Shown: piece by piece, positions 25,016-34,900 of the stretch
Position numbering within the stretch: the stretch's first letter is position 1
How the letters are laid out: every line of letters begins with the position of its first letter
DNA from: a virus
Taxonomy: Duplodnaviria > Caudoviricetes
Length of the DNA stretch: 36,357 nt
Strand: one strand, 5' to 3'
IMG/VR virus record: IMGVR_UViG_3300038379_000303
Span: 1 to 36,357 of that record
Notes under the pieces: generated by a model
Told to the model about the DNA's origin: nothing
The model's database searches: none
What the model saw: only the letters and a program-made list of their open reading frames with translations
Program-made: the position numbers and the translations under genes

Positions 25016-26019
25016 CAAAAGTAGCCTGGCGTGCTGGTGCACTGGTGTGGGTGTATGAAGATGGCACCGTACTGCCCGTGGTGGCAGGTGGTGATGAGAC
25101 CTTTCCTCCTGCGGAGACGACGGCAAAGGTTGATGGGGCTACGATCTTTGATGCCGACGGCAATCCGGTTGGTGTAATTCGTGCCCCCGGCCCGGAGGGC
25201 GGTGCGTGGGTAATTCAGAATCTAGACGGGAGCACCCGTCCGCTCACAGGTGGTCCTTATAACATCGGCGCAGGCAAAGCTGTCTGGGTAACAGATCAGG
25301 GCGAAGTCTTGAGCACAGGTCAGCTCAAGGACAGCAGTGGCACTGGCGGCAGTGGTGGTACGGTAGTTGGCTCCGCAGCCCCCGATCCTGTGGGAGCTGC
25401 CACCATCTGGTTGACCTACTACCAGAACCAAGTAGCGAACCGAAAGATGACGTATGATGCTGCGTTCGAAGCGTGGAAGGGCAAGGTTGAGGAAATCTTC
25501 AAGAATGCCGATATCGAGGCGGCGAACGTAGCGAATAAGCTACAAGCGGACATCCAGAATGCAACGGTTGGACTGGGCTACGACCAGCTAGGATTCAGCT
25601 ACAAGGAACTCGAACAGAAGCGCGCAGAAGCGATGGCGGCTCAGCAGCTGGGTATTCAAGGACAAGCTACGGAGCGTGGTCGCATCATGGCGCAGCTCCT
25701 GCCGTACAGTTTGCCGAAGGGCGTGACGATGAACCTTCCAGGTGCAGGGGCAGTTCCTGAGAACTTGGTCAATCCTGCAGAGGACTTGTTTGGTGGTCTA
25801 CCAAGTCTGAAGAGCATGTATGAGGAGATACCTGAGATGTTCCCGACGGTGGGACTTCCTCCGCCACGGCCTGCGCCGATCGTAGCGGGACCGATTGGGG
25901 ACATCTCTTTGCCGGATGCTCCTATGTTCGAGCTTCCGCCGTCGCCGTTTAGTGATAGTACTATCGGTGATCTCGCAGGCAAGGCTGCTGCAGGTTCATC
26001 CGGCTGGGTCGTTTCGTGA
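25012..26019 (+). CDS. Putative internal virion / ejection protein (335 aa)
   Basis: ATGA overlap with the giant gene; Gln/Ala helical middle and Pro-rich C-terminus. The function is positional inference. Confidence 0.5.
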   Translation: MTKVAWRAGALVWVYEDGTVLPVVAGGDETFPPAETTAKVDGATIFDADGNPVGVIRAPGPEGGAWVIQNLDGSTRPLTGGPYNIGAGKAVWVTDQGEVLSTGQLKDSSGTGGSGGTVVGSAAPDPVGAATIWLTYYQNQVANRKMTYDAAFEAWKGKVEEIFKNADIEAANVANKLQADIQNATVGLGYDQLGFSYKELEQKRAEAMAAQQLGIQGQATERGRIMAQLLPYSLPKGVTMNLPGAGAVPENLVNPAEDLFGGLPSLKSMYEEIPEMFPTVGLPPPRPAPIVAGPIGDISLPDAPMFELPPSPFSDSTIGDLAGKAAAGSSGWVVS

Positions 26020-26025
26020 TATAGT
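26017..26025 (+). promoter_or_regulatory. Extended -10 promoter (TGaTATAGT) for the scaffold-capsid operon
   Basis: TGnTATAGT just upstream of the TAAGGAGGT RBS. Confidence 0.55.
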
Positions 26026-26048
26026 TCAGCGATAAGGAGGTACAGTTT

Positions 26049-26996
26049 TTGGTACAGGAAGTGGAAACACAGGCACCAGTATCCTCTCCCGAGGCGCCAC
26101 CCTCTTCTGATGACCAGTCTCCGCCTGTCAGTCCCCTCAGCGATGTAGAGACTCCTATCGGGAGTGCTCCTGCTGAGACCCCTGACGCGGAGCAGTCAAC
26201 AGAAGAGCGACCCGAATCGGCCCCCGATACGAGTGTCACGGACGTCGATCTCGACGTGCTGCTTTCGCAGTATCAAAACCCTGAGCATCCACGGCATGAG
26301 TCCTTCCAACGGTGGGAGGCGGACCGTCGTGCTCACGCCTATGTCGAAGCTGCGGAGAATCTCCGTACAGAGATCGAGGCTGAGCAGGCGAGGAATGAAC
26401 GGCTTGAGCAGGTTTACACGGATGTCGACCAGGGCTTGAGGTCGTTGCAAGGACGCTGGGATGCGTTGATGCGATCGGGCGAGTTTACTCGCGACGATAT
26501 CATCAACCTGTTGCGTCGCGAGCCGAGGGTGTGGAATGGCTTAATGGCCATTGGGGAGGACCTCCGCCAACGAGCGGTAGCCGATGCCGTCACGGAAGCC
26601 GTGGACGGGACGCGGTTACAGACAGCGTTGGATTCGACCATCTTCATGATTCAGGCCGGTGCAAAGGCCGTCAATCGTCCGTCGATTATTCAGGAGTTTG
26701 ATAAGCGTATCGCTGAAGCGAAGAGCGGGCGCACGCGAGTATCACCTGAGTGGGGTACAGCTATCGTTCAGGACTATGCGAAGCGGCTGTATCAAAGCGG
26801 TTACGAGGATGGCGTGAAGTCTGGTCAGAAGATATCGGGTGACCAGGGAGTGGCTGAAAGCCGATCGCAGGCGCGGCCTGCACAGTTGGCTGGCAGCTCT
26901 GGGGCAGTGACGTCTGATGACGTCTTCCGGTCTGGGAACCTGAGTGAAATGAAGGCGGCTTTCAGACAGAAGTATGGGATTGATTATCCCGAATAG
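26049..26996 (+). CDS. Capsid scaffolding protein
   Basis: Acidic, Pro/Ser-rich disordered N-terminus, a coiled coil and a short basic C-terminal helix; directly before the capsid gene; TTG with AAGGAGG. Confidence 0.7.
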   Translation: MVQEVETQAPVSSPEAPPSSDDQSPPVSPLSDVETPIGSAPAETPDAEQSTEERPESAPDTSVTDVDLDVLLSQYQNPEHPRHESFQRWEADRRAHAYVEAAENLRTEIEAEQARNERLEQVYTDVDQGLRSLQGRWDALMRSGEFTRDDIINLLRREPRVWNGLMAIGEDLRQRAVADAVTEAVDGTRLQTALDSTIFMIQAGAKAVNRPSIIQEFDKRIAEAKSGRTRVSPEWGTAIVQDYAKRLYQSGYEDGVKSGQKISGDQGVAESRSQARPAQLAGSSGAVTSDDVFRSGNLSEMKAAFRQKYGIDYPE

Positions 26997-27009
26997 GAGT
27001 TAGGTAAGA

Positions 27010-27897
27010 GTGGCGACACAGACGACAACTGGGAGTTTAGCTGACTCCCTTCCACTGATTCATGACTCTGCTCGTATCCGACGTGAGTACCCGACTGTTG
27101 TGGCAAGTCTCTGCGAGAAGCACACGCTCCCTGAGAACCAGGGCCTGTCGTGGGAAGAGATCGAACTCAACAGGTTGAGTGCGACTGGGATCACAGAGAC
27201 GACGATCATGGAGAACTGGCAAGAGATCACCGACACCATGCGGACGATCACGCCGACCATGACGGGCATCACCACTCTGGTGACAGACCGTGCATACGCT
27301 AGGATTTCCAAGAACGTCGTGGCTCAAATCGGTCAGCTAGCGCAGCAAGCGATTGAGCGCAAGAAGGACCTTGATGGCATTGCGACCATTGACGGGGCAA
27401 CGAACAGCTACCCTGGTGGTGGTAGCACCATGACTTCGGGTGTGATTTCGGCTGCACAACGGAACATCACGGGAAACACGACAGAAGGTGCGGACGGTGA
27501 GATCAACGCCGTTCTGCACCCGTTTCAGATTCATGACATCCAGTCAGAGCTGGTGAGCTTTATCGATGCGACGCCGACCGTTGAGGTCACGGTTGGTGAA
27601 ACTGCGAAGGCTTACCGGAACGGGTGGAGCGGTCGACTCTTCGGTGTGAACATTCACGAGGATGCGAACATTCCAATCGTGAGTAACAACGCGAAGGGCG
27701 GCATCTTTGCTCGCAAGGGACTCCTGTACGTGCAGGGGCGCGCTGCTCGCTGGATCACCAAGCGGCGCGACGAGATTGGTGGCGGCGCTGAGCAGCTCAT
27801 CGGCTACGACGAGTACGCCTACGGTGAGCGGACACCGAATGGGGTCTCCTGCTTCATGTGGGAGCTTCACTCTGACGCGACAGCACCGACAGGTTAG
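27010..27897 (+). CDS. Major capsid protein (HK97 fold)
   Basis: 295 aa after the scaffold. ITETT..E, TITP...G, LAQQAIERKKD, AVLHPFQIHDI and GRLFGVNIHEDANIP fit HK97-fold podovirus capsids. Confidence 0.85.
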   Translation: MATQTTTGSLADSLPLIHDSARIRREYPTVVASLCEKHTLPENQGLSWEEIELNRLSATGITETTIMENWQEITDTMRTITPTMTGITTLVTDRAYARISKNVVAQIGQLAQQAIERKKDLDGIATIDGATNSYPGGGSTMTSGVISAAQRNITGNTTEGADGEINAVLHPFQIHDIQSELVSFIDATPTVEVTVGETAKAYRNGWSGRLFGVNIHEDANIPIVSNNAKGGIFARKGLLYVQGRAARWITKRRDEIGGGAEQLIGYDEYAYGERTPNGVSCFMWELHSDATAPTG

Positions 27898-27899
27898 TC

Positions 27900-28013
27900 A
27901 TGAGCGAGACGTACTGCGGTAAGTGCCGCAAAGAGGCGCGGTGTAAGCTGTGCCAGCTGGAAGCGCGGGTTGCGAAGCTCGAGGGGAAAGCTGGCAAGGC
28001 AACAAAGGAGTAG
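27900..28013 (+). CDS. 37-aa CxxC-x5-CxxC microprotein
   Basis: MSETYCGKCRKEARCKLCQLEARVAKLEGKAGKATKE; starts 2 nt after the capsid stop; below the ORF-track cutoff. Confidence 0.55.
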   Translation: MSETYCGKCRKEARCKLCQLEARVAKLEGKAGKATKE

Positions 28014-28075
28014 GACCAGTTCCTCGAACCATCAGATGACATGGGCAACGAAGATGCCCGAGGAAGGATAGAACA

Positions 28076-28837
28076 GTGGCAAATGACACGCAGCGTGGAA
28101 TTCTCTGTATCGAGGATGACTTCGATGCAGACCTCATTAACTCGGCGGCGGGCAACGGCGTCCGGTGGCTAACGGCTACAAGCACAGGTGCGACGGCTAT
28201 CGGCATCGCAACTGTCAGTGGCAACTGTGCCGCACAAGGTGTAACTGCAGCAGCCGCGAACTCGCGCATCTCTCTTGCGCACGGACTCCTGGCATGGCGA
28301 GCGCAAGAGGGGTACTCAGCACTGGAAACACGGCTGCATATCAGCGATCCAACGAACGTGTGTATCAACGTTGGTTTCAACGATGACACACAGGAGGGTG
28401 GCGATGCACAGGCGGCTAACGCGGCACACATTCCAGTGTCAATCGGATCGGGCGACGCGTTGACAACGAACGCTTCGACGTTTGCTGGCGTAGTGTTCGA
28501 CACAGGTGCCGACAATGACGTCTGGCATACCGTGTGGGTGGACGACGACGCAGATACAGCCGAAAGCGTGGCCAACCGTCTGTTCTCAGGTCTAGCGCCT
28601 GTTGCGAACGAATTTTTCACGGTTCGCATCGTGCTCTACGACAACGGCAGCGGTAACGGTGTCATCATGGAAGCGTCCATCACCGACCACTTCGGGCGGC
28701 TCTACCAGAAGCGGTTCATCACCACCGTGGATCGTGATGCTGCGCTGGCCCCGTACATCGGAGTGATCTCCCGTGCGGCGGCGGCACGGACGGTAACCAT
28801 TGACTACGTCCGAGTCGAGAAGTCACGAATCAACTAG
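28076..28837 (+). CDS. Virion structural protein, possibly capsid decoration (beta-sandwich)
   Basis: Beta-rich and Ala/Gly/Thr-rich, EDDF...TIDYVRVE; follows the capsid gene. Confidence 0.55.
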   Translation: MANDTQRGILCIEDDFDADLINSAAGNGVRWLTATSTGATAIGIATVSGNCAAQGVTAAAANSRISLAHGLLAWRAQEGYSALETRLHISDPTNVCINVGFNDDTQEGGDAQAANAAHIPVSIGSGDALTTNASTFAGVVFDTGADNDVWHTVWVDDDADTAESVANRLFSGLAPVANEFFTVRIVLYDNGSGNGVIMEASITDHFGRLYQKRFITTVDRDAALAPYIGVISRAAAARTVTIDYVRVEKSRIN

Positions 28838-28851
28838 CCGACGGCTGTTTA

Positions 28852-28890
28852 CTGTCTCCGAGGAAGGTGTGAAACCTTCCTCGGAGATAG
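28852..28890 (+). promoter_or_regulatory. Strong hairpin occluding the RBS and start of the next ORF; attenuator or step-down element
   Basis: Perfect 14-bp stem 28855-28868/28874-28887 (17 bp with one G-T pair). The loop GTGAA holds the GTG start. Confidence 0.65.
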
Positions 28891-28979
28891 CTCGCAAACA
28901 GCATCTGGCTGAGCGGCGGAAGGCTGAAGCGGAATTGCGCCGTGTGCGTGAGCGTGTAGACAGGTGGGTTAAGTCGTGA
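28869..28979 (+). CDS. 36-aa basic helical microprotein
   Basis: MKPSSEIARKQHLAERRKAEAELRRVRERVDRWVKS; the stop overlaps the next GTG (GTGA). Confidence 0.4.
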   Translation: MKPSSEIARKQHLAERRKAEAELRRVRERVDRWVKS

Positions 28980-29404
28980 AAGTGACCCATGAGGTGGATG
29001 TTGACGAAAAAGCGTTTGCGCTTGCCGAAGTGCCGTTGACGCCGCTAGAGGCGAGCAAAGCTGGTCGGTGCTTCGTGCCGGATAGCTATGAGGGGTTGCG
29101 GCGCTACGAATTTGTGTGGGTCCGGAGAGATGGGGAGATAGCGATGCATATGCGAGATATGGGCGATGCATCGTTGATCGCGGCTCCTCCTGTGCGGGTG
29201 ATTGGTAACTGGGAAGAGAGCGTTGGGACCCTTCGTGAGTGGGCGGCAACCTGGCGTCTGAAGGACGCTGAGTCGACGGCTGAACTAATACAGGGGTTGC
29301 AGGCAGAATCAACACTGGTACAGGACATCATCGACTACACTGAGTGGCGGTTAACAAATGCCAGGAAGCACTTGAGGAGGAGATATGTCGGCAAAATCAG
29401 ATAG
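28976..29404 (+). CDS. Hypothetical protein (142 aa)
   Basis: ORF in the late operon overlapping both neighbours. Confidence 0.7.
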   Translation: MKVTHEVDVDEKAFALAEVPLTPLEASKAGRCFVPDSYEGLRRYEFVWVRRDGEIAMHMRDMGDASLIAAPPVRVIGNWEESVGTLREWAATWRLKDAESTAELIQGLQAESTLVQDIIDYTEWRLTNARKHLRRRYVGKIR

Positions 29405-29936
29405 GGTGCTGGAAGAGCGGTTGGATGCTGTTGCAGACAACTTGCTGAAGGACCAAAAGCGAGTGGATACCTATACCGAGACGACCGAACCACCTGAGGG
29501 AACCGATGGCGGGTTGGTGACTACATCAACGAACGGACGTATTCGGTTGTGGAACCGTGCCACAGGTGAGGCAAGCGACATCGCGACCGATCAGTTGCGA
29601 CAACGGTTGCGGCAGCGCTTTGGCGCTGACCACCACATGGCGGGTGAGTTGGTGTACACCGAGGAACCGATGGAAGGGCCACCTCCTCCGGCGATCCCGT
29701 GCTACTTCCATCCCGAGTCACCGGAGCGAAACCGGATGGACAGCTATGGGCTGACAACCGTACGTTGTGAAGCAAAGTTGGTCAATCTGTACGCACAGGA
29801 GCTTCATATTCAGAGGAAGCATCCTAGTGCATGGGCGATGATTCAGAGGGAGCAGGCGGCTACAGCGATGAGGACACAAGCAGAGCTGTTGGCGCGTCAG
29901 ACGGCAGTGCTCGAGCGGCTGGGGGCAGAGACATGA
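29385..29936 (+). CDS. Hypothetical protein with a C-terminal Cys/His (zinc-finger-like) cluster
   Basis: GAGGAGG upstream; CYFH...RC...HIQRKH. Confidence 0.7.
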   Translation: MSAKSDRVLEERLDAVADNLLKDQKRVDTYTETTEPPEGTDGGLVTTSTNGRIRLWNRATGEASDIATDQLRQRLRQRFGADHHMAGELVYTEEPMEGPPPPAIPCYFHPESPERNRMDSYGLTTVRCEAKLVNLYAQELHIQRKHPSAWAMIQREQAATAMRTQAELLARQTAVLERLGAET

Positions 29937-30460
29937 CACGGACTACGGTACACTTTGACAGTCTATTGCTGAGCCAGAATTCGTCTTTGGCAGCTGCTAC
30001 GACTGCTCGAGGCGCGATCATTCGAGACATCGATTCGATTGCTATCACTGACTTTGACGCAATAGATTTTCGGCTGATAGCGACGGGGCCAACAGGTGCC
30101 GCAACGAGTCCTACGATAAACATCTACCTTCAGAAGGCGATGGTCGCCGACCCGAAGTTCGATGTCGACAACGACTGGGCAGATGCACTTCACTTCACAG
30201 CTATCGCAGAAGCAACAAGCGTTGACGACATTGTCGCCTGTCAGATGTTCCGCACGGGAGACTACGGAACATCGGAACGGGTAGTGCCTATCGAGTATCT
30301 ACGAGGTAGCGGTGGGACTGGTGGTCTCACTGGCACCGCTGCTGCCACTCCCAATCCGTTGACGCATGCGTTGCGGATCGTGGAGGTGACAGCAGATACC
30401 GCTGACACTGCAGGTACCTACAGCATCTACGCCGTGGGTTACCGACAACACGCGAGGTAA
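29933..30460 (+). CDS. Putative virion structural protein (175 aa, beta-rich)
   Basis: ATG 29933 overlaps the upstream TGA; Thr/Ala-rich beta pattern. Confidence 0.6.
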   Translation: MTRTTVHFDSLLLSQNSSLAAATTARGAIIRDIDSIAITDFDAIDFRLIATGPTGAATSPTINIYLQKAMVADPKFDVDNDWADALHFTAIAEATSVDDIVACQMFRTGDYGTSERVVPIEYLRGSGGTGGLTGTAAATPNPLTHALRIVEVTADTADTAGTYSIYAVGYRQHAR

Positions 30461-30465
30461 GTGCC

Positions 30466-30615
30466 GTGGTGCGGGGCTTCAAAAAGAACCAGGCGCGGAT
30501 CGCTAAGCAGCAAGGCATCTCGATGGAGCGCGCTGGACGGATACTGGCGGCGGGCACGCGTAGGGCTTCGCCAGCAGCAAAAAGGCGTAATCCTCGCTTG
30601 AAGAGGGTCAAGTAA
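30466..30615 (+). CDS. 49-aa highly basic protein, possibly DNA-associated in the virion
   Basis: MVRGFKKNQARIAKQQGISMERAGRILAAGTRRASPAAKRRNPRLKRVK; GAGGT upstream; fills the gap between two genes. Confidence 0.7.
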   Translation: MVRGFKKNQARIAKQQGISMERAGRILAAGTRRASPAAKRRNPRLKRVK

Positions 30616-30618
30616 ACA

Positions 30619-31965
30619 GTGGCGCGGTCTACTCTTGTACGAACGATCGTGCAGGAAGTGGCTGAGGTCCTGTACGCCGGCCGCCCTTACGGTCCCGTGG
30701 CAGTAACACCGACGGGCGGCAGTACCACGACGATCGTCGACAGCAGCTGGCTTGGTGCTGGCCCAAACGATGCGAACGCGTATGACCGCTGGGCGGTGTG
30801 GCCTATCGAGTGTGACGCTGCCGCACCTGAGGGTGAAGTGCGCTTTGTTAGTGATGGCGGATGGGCCGCTGCCAGTGGGACGTGGACAGTGGGACAAGCT
30901 TTCAGCAGCAGCGTCCAGTCGGGGGACACAGTCCTGTTGATGCCCTGGTCGCATCCTGACGAGCTAATGGCAGCGGTCAACCGAGTGCTGAGTGGCAAGT
31001 ATTGGCCGAGGTATACGATCTTAACGCTAGTGCCCGACGGGGATATGGAAGCGACTGGGACGGGGTCTTGGACAGCGCTGGGTGGGGGATCGGTTTCGAA
31101 GACGACGACTGCTGCAAGCGTGATGAGCGGACGGCAAGCGCTGACTGTGAGCGGTAGCGCCACGGACGATGGTGTTCGATCAGAGTCGGTGCTGGTTCAC
31201 GATCCGGAGACTCTGCAGTTATCTGTGTTCATGAGAGTGACGGCTGGTAGCCAGGTGCAGGTTCAGTTGTACAACGTGACTGGCTCGTCGGTGATCGATT
31301 TTGAGACGGTGTATGGGCCGACGACGGGTTGGGTGGAGGTGCGGTTTCAGGGGACTGTGCCGGAGGATTGTACGCAGGTGCAGGTACGCGTGGTATCTGG
31401 GACTGGTTCCTTCACAGCGCAGGTGGACTGCATCGGGTTGTTGTCCACAGCTAGGGTGCTGGTGCCCCTCACAACGGGAGCGGGTCAGCAAATAGACGCT
31501 CGCCATGTTGAAGCGCTGTTTGCCCCCCGGTCGGTGTTTAGTTCCGGTGACAGCAACCGGACCTACATCGCTATGAGCCAGCCAGCGGACGAGTGGCCGA
31601 GATACGGAGAGCTACAAGATTACCGTGGGGTAGGTAGTGATGTGGTTGACGTTGGTCATGTGACTGATACGTCGGTGTGGGTGAAGTGGCTGGAAGAAGG
31701 GACCGGTGTTGCGCAGGGTGCGGACACGTGGAGTGCGCTTGAGACTGCGGTATACGCGCCGCCTGAAGTGATTGTGAGTGGAACGGTAGCCGAGATGTTC
31801 GAGCGGCAGGCTGCCCACCTGACTGGTGCTTACCGGAACCAGCGGTTACAGGAATCAATGGAGTGGAAGCAGCGGCACCGCCGGTTGCTGGAGAAGTTAG
31901 GACGCGGCCGCCCTCGCGTCCGATCGGTGGCGAAGCGGAGGACACAGATTCCAAGTGCCTTCTAG
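30619..31965 (+). CDS. Tail adaptor (tubular protein A-like) with an inserted carbohydrate-binding-like domain
   Basis: Adaptor-like helical ends (ELMAAVNRVL; PEVIVSGTVAEMFE) around LVPDGDME...W...SGRQAL...TGWVEV...VD, a CBM4/9-like pattern. Confidence 0.55.
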   Translation: MARSTLVRTIVQEVAEVLYAGRPYGPVAVTPTGGSTTTIVDSSWLGAGPNDANAYDRWAVWPIECDAAAPEGEVRFVSDGGWAAASGTWTVGQAFSSSVQSGDTVLLMPWSHPDELMAAVNRVLSGKYWPRYTILTLVPDGDMEATGTGSWTALGGGSVSKTTTAASVMSGRQALTVSGSATDDGVRSESVLVHDPETLQLSVFMRVTAGSQVQVQLYNVTGSSVIDFETVYGPTTGWVEVRFQGTVPEDCTQVQVRVVSGTGSFTAQVDCIGLLSTARVLVPLTTGAGQQIDARHVEALFAPRSVFSSGDSNRTYIAMSQPADEWPRYGELQDYRGVGSDVVDVGHVTDTSVWVKWLEEGTGVAQGADTWSALETAVYAPPEVIVSGTVAEMFERQAAHLTGAYRNQRLQESMEWKQRHRRLLEKLGRGRPRVRSVAKRRTQIPSAF

Positions 31966-34900
31966 GTTTGGAATCATTAACGGCGTTAAGTACGCCATTG
32001 CCGATCAGTCTCACGGTAGCGGATATTCTGACCTGGCATGGAAGAAGACTGGTGCGCAGGAACTTCAGCATGGCTCGCCCGGCCCGCCTCTGTCGGCTTG
32101 GTGGACCCACGGATGGAGTGCTGGGGCTGGTTACTACCAAGCGCTCGATGTAGGCGCAGATGTTTACCTGTATACCGACAACGTGGATTGTACGCGTCCG
32201 GGCTTTGCCCGGTTGATCCAGAAGCATATTAGCGTCACGCCTACTCTTCCGCTGGCCGACAAGCCAACGTGGTTCTTTGAGTCGGAACCCACTGGTGGTG
32301 CCGTGTTTAACGTTGGCAACTTTCTTAAGCCGGCGAGTACGAACGGAGATCAGAGCATTGCGCATGGCCTCCCTGCAGGGATAGCCCTAAAGGCACTGAT
32401 TATATGGACCTCAGGTGATTCGTCAGACGGAACTGTGACCGCTTCTACTTCAGCGCAAAAGGCATCGTTTGGCGTGAGTGATCTGACCTCGACGGGGCAA
32501 CGTGGCATTGGGTGGAACTCGAATGATGCCTCCTCCGGTGGGGCTGTTGCCAGCATCTATGGGACGAAGGCAATCAATTTGGTGAACTACGCATCAGGCT
32601 CTGTGTTGATCACTGGTTCGGTGTCTTACAGCGGAGGGAGCAACTTCACAATCACGTGGGCTGGTAACGGTAGCGATAGCACGCAGCTGATCTTCCACTT
32701 CCTTGCCATTGGTGGAAATGACGTACAGGCGAAGGTGAGTGGTTTCACTTTTGGTTCCACCGCTTCCACAACGGTAACCGGCGTGGGTTTTCAGCCTGAC
32801 CTTCTGATACTAGGAGCGCGGGGCGGCTCGGCGGTGGACACACGAGCTGAGACGTTGCAGTGTTCGATTGGCGTTGCCGACGCAGCGGGCAATGAGTGGA
32901 CGACAGCATGGCGATGCGGTGATTCGGATAGTCCGCATCAGGCGGAATCCGCGTTTTTTAACGAAGCCTGTGCCGAGGTGTACTACGGTTCGAGTGACTA
33001 TGTGATTGAGAATCTAGGCTCGATGAACTCTGATGGGTATACGCTGAACCGGCAGGCGGGGACCCAAGCAACTGCTGGTTTTGGGCTGGCGCTGCGGGGA
33101 TTACAAGCCCTTGTAGGCGTCACGCAGAAGCCGACGGCGTCAGGTAACCATGGGGCGTTGTCCATTGGCTTCACAACACAAGCGTTCTTTCTAGCTGGAT
33201 GCGGAAAGACGAATGTCACCGGAAACGTGAGCGCGGACGGGGCGATCTATCTTGGTGCCGCTTCCTCGACGACAGCGGTGGAGGCTTCAAGCTGGATTGA
33301 TAGGCACAATGTAGCGACAACCGATGTGAACCTTGTAGCGGACACGGCTCTTGCCTACGAGATACTGAGCAACACTGGTGTTGAGGCTGCTACTGCTACC
33401 TGCGGATCGATTGACATGCAGGCTGCTAACTGGCTGAGCTGGACAGACGCATCAGATGGTCAGGCCCGTTACATTGGGTTTTTGGGACTGGCGGCGACTG
33501 CCGTGTCAGACGTGTCGTTTCTGTACCATTGTCAGGGTCGTCACGTGACGAAGTTGAAGGTAGAGGGTTCACCTCCGGTTATCACCCAGATTGACGCTCA
33601 GTCCTTCAGTATTGGTGCCGAAGCTCGTTATGGAGCGATTTTTGAAGGAACGGCACACCTGCCGCTGGGTGACAGCGTAAATGCGGTAGCTCTTCAGCGG
33701 GCGAACATATCACAGACAGGCGCTGATACATGGACGACCAGTGGCAGCGGGTTCAAGTGTCGTGGATTTGCTGTGCAGCAAGATGGTCCGCTTTCAAAGC
33801 TTGTGAGAGCGAATGTTGACGGGACGATATCGTTGTCAGCTGACGCTTCGACGTATGCCGGTACAGTTGAGGTCGGGGACTCAAGCATTCCGATTACGCG
33901 GATAGCAGATTCCGGTACGGTGCTGCTTGTTGCGAAGGAGGATAACCTCTATCGGTATGACCCCTCAGGGGTCGCGTGGGCAGTAACCGCTGAGAATGAG
34001 CGGAGTCCCAACCACGGCGTGGGCCTTGCTGCGTTTCACGGGGCGAGTGCAGGGGTGTACAACCACGGTTCAACGCTGTTCTTCTGGGACGGGTTCTCTC
34101 GACCACGATCGGTGGGGATGGATGAGAATGCGTTTGCCCGTCCGGAAGCGGTGACGGGGATCACACATGTTCCCGTTGGCGGGACAATCTATGAGAGTGT
34201 GATACGTGGGGACTACCTGTACTATCTGCAACGGGTAACGGAGAGTGGTGAGGACGTCACCTACGTCATCTGTGCCGTACTGCGGGGCGCGCAATGGGTG
34301 CGGCATACCGCGTGGCGCTTGAGCGGTACGGCTCGGGGGTTGTACATCGATAGCTCGACACGATTGTGGACCTCGTACATCTCCGCTGGACAGATTCGGT
34401 TCTGGCAACTGGGTGATGATGGTGGGCCAACGGGGTACGTTGGGAACGGTCGTGGGGAGGCGAGCACGACGTTTACTTACTGGGGGGCGGAGACAGACCT
34501 GGGTGCTCCTGTCACAGCCAAGCGGCTGTGGCAGTATGTGGTGCTGTTGCGCAACGTTGACGCGACGTGTCCTGTGCAGCTGAAGATTCAACGGGATGGT
34601 GGGAATGCCGAGGACGTTGGAAGTCCGGTTACTACAGACGGAGTGTACAAGGCGTACTGGTCTGTCGGAGGGGGGAACAACACTGCTATTCGGGTGCGTC
34701 TTGGCTGGTCCATCACAACGACATCAGGCTACGATCCGCTGCTCAGCGATCCGCAGGTGCTAGTGCTCGGCATTCAAGCGTACTCCCTTCATGACACGGC
34801 AGGCGTGTATCAGATCATCATCGATACGGAGGTTCCTCACGGGCAGGATAGGGCAAGCTTCGAGCGAGCACAGAGAGTGCGAACGCGGTTGTTGCAGCTG

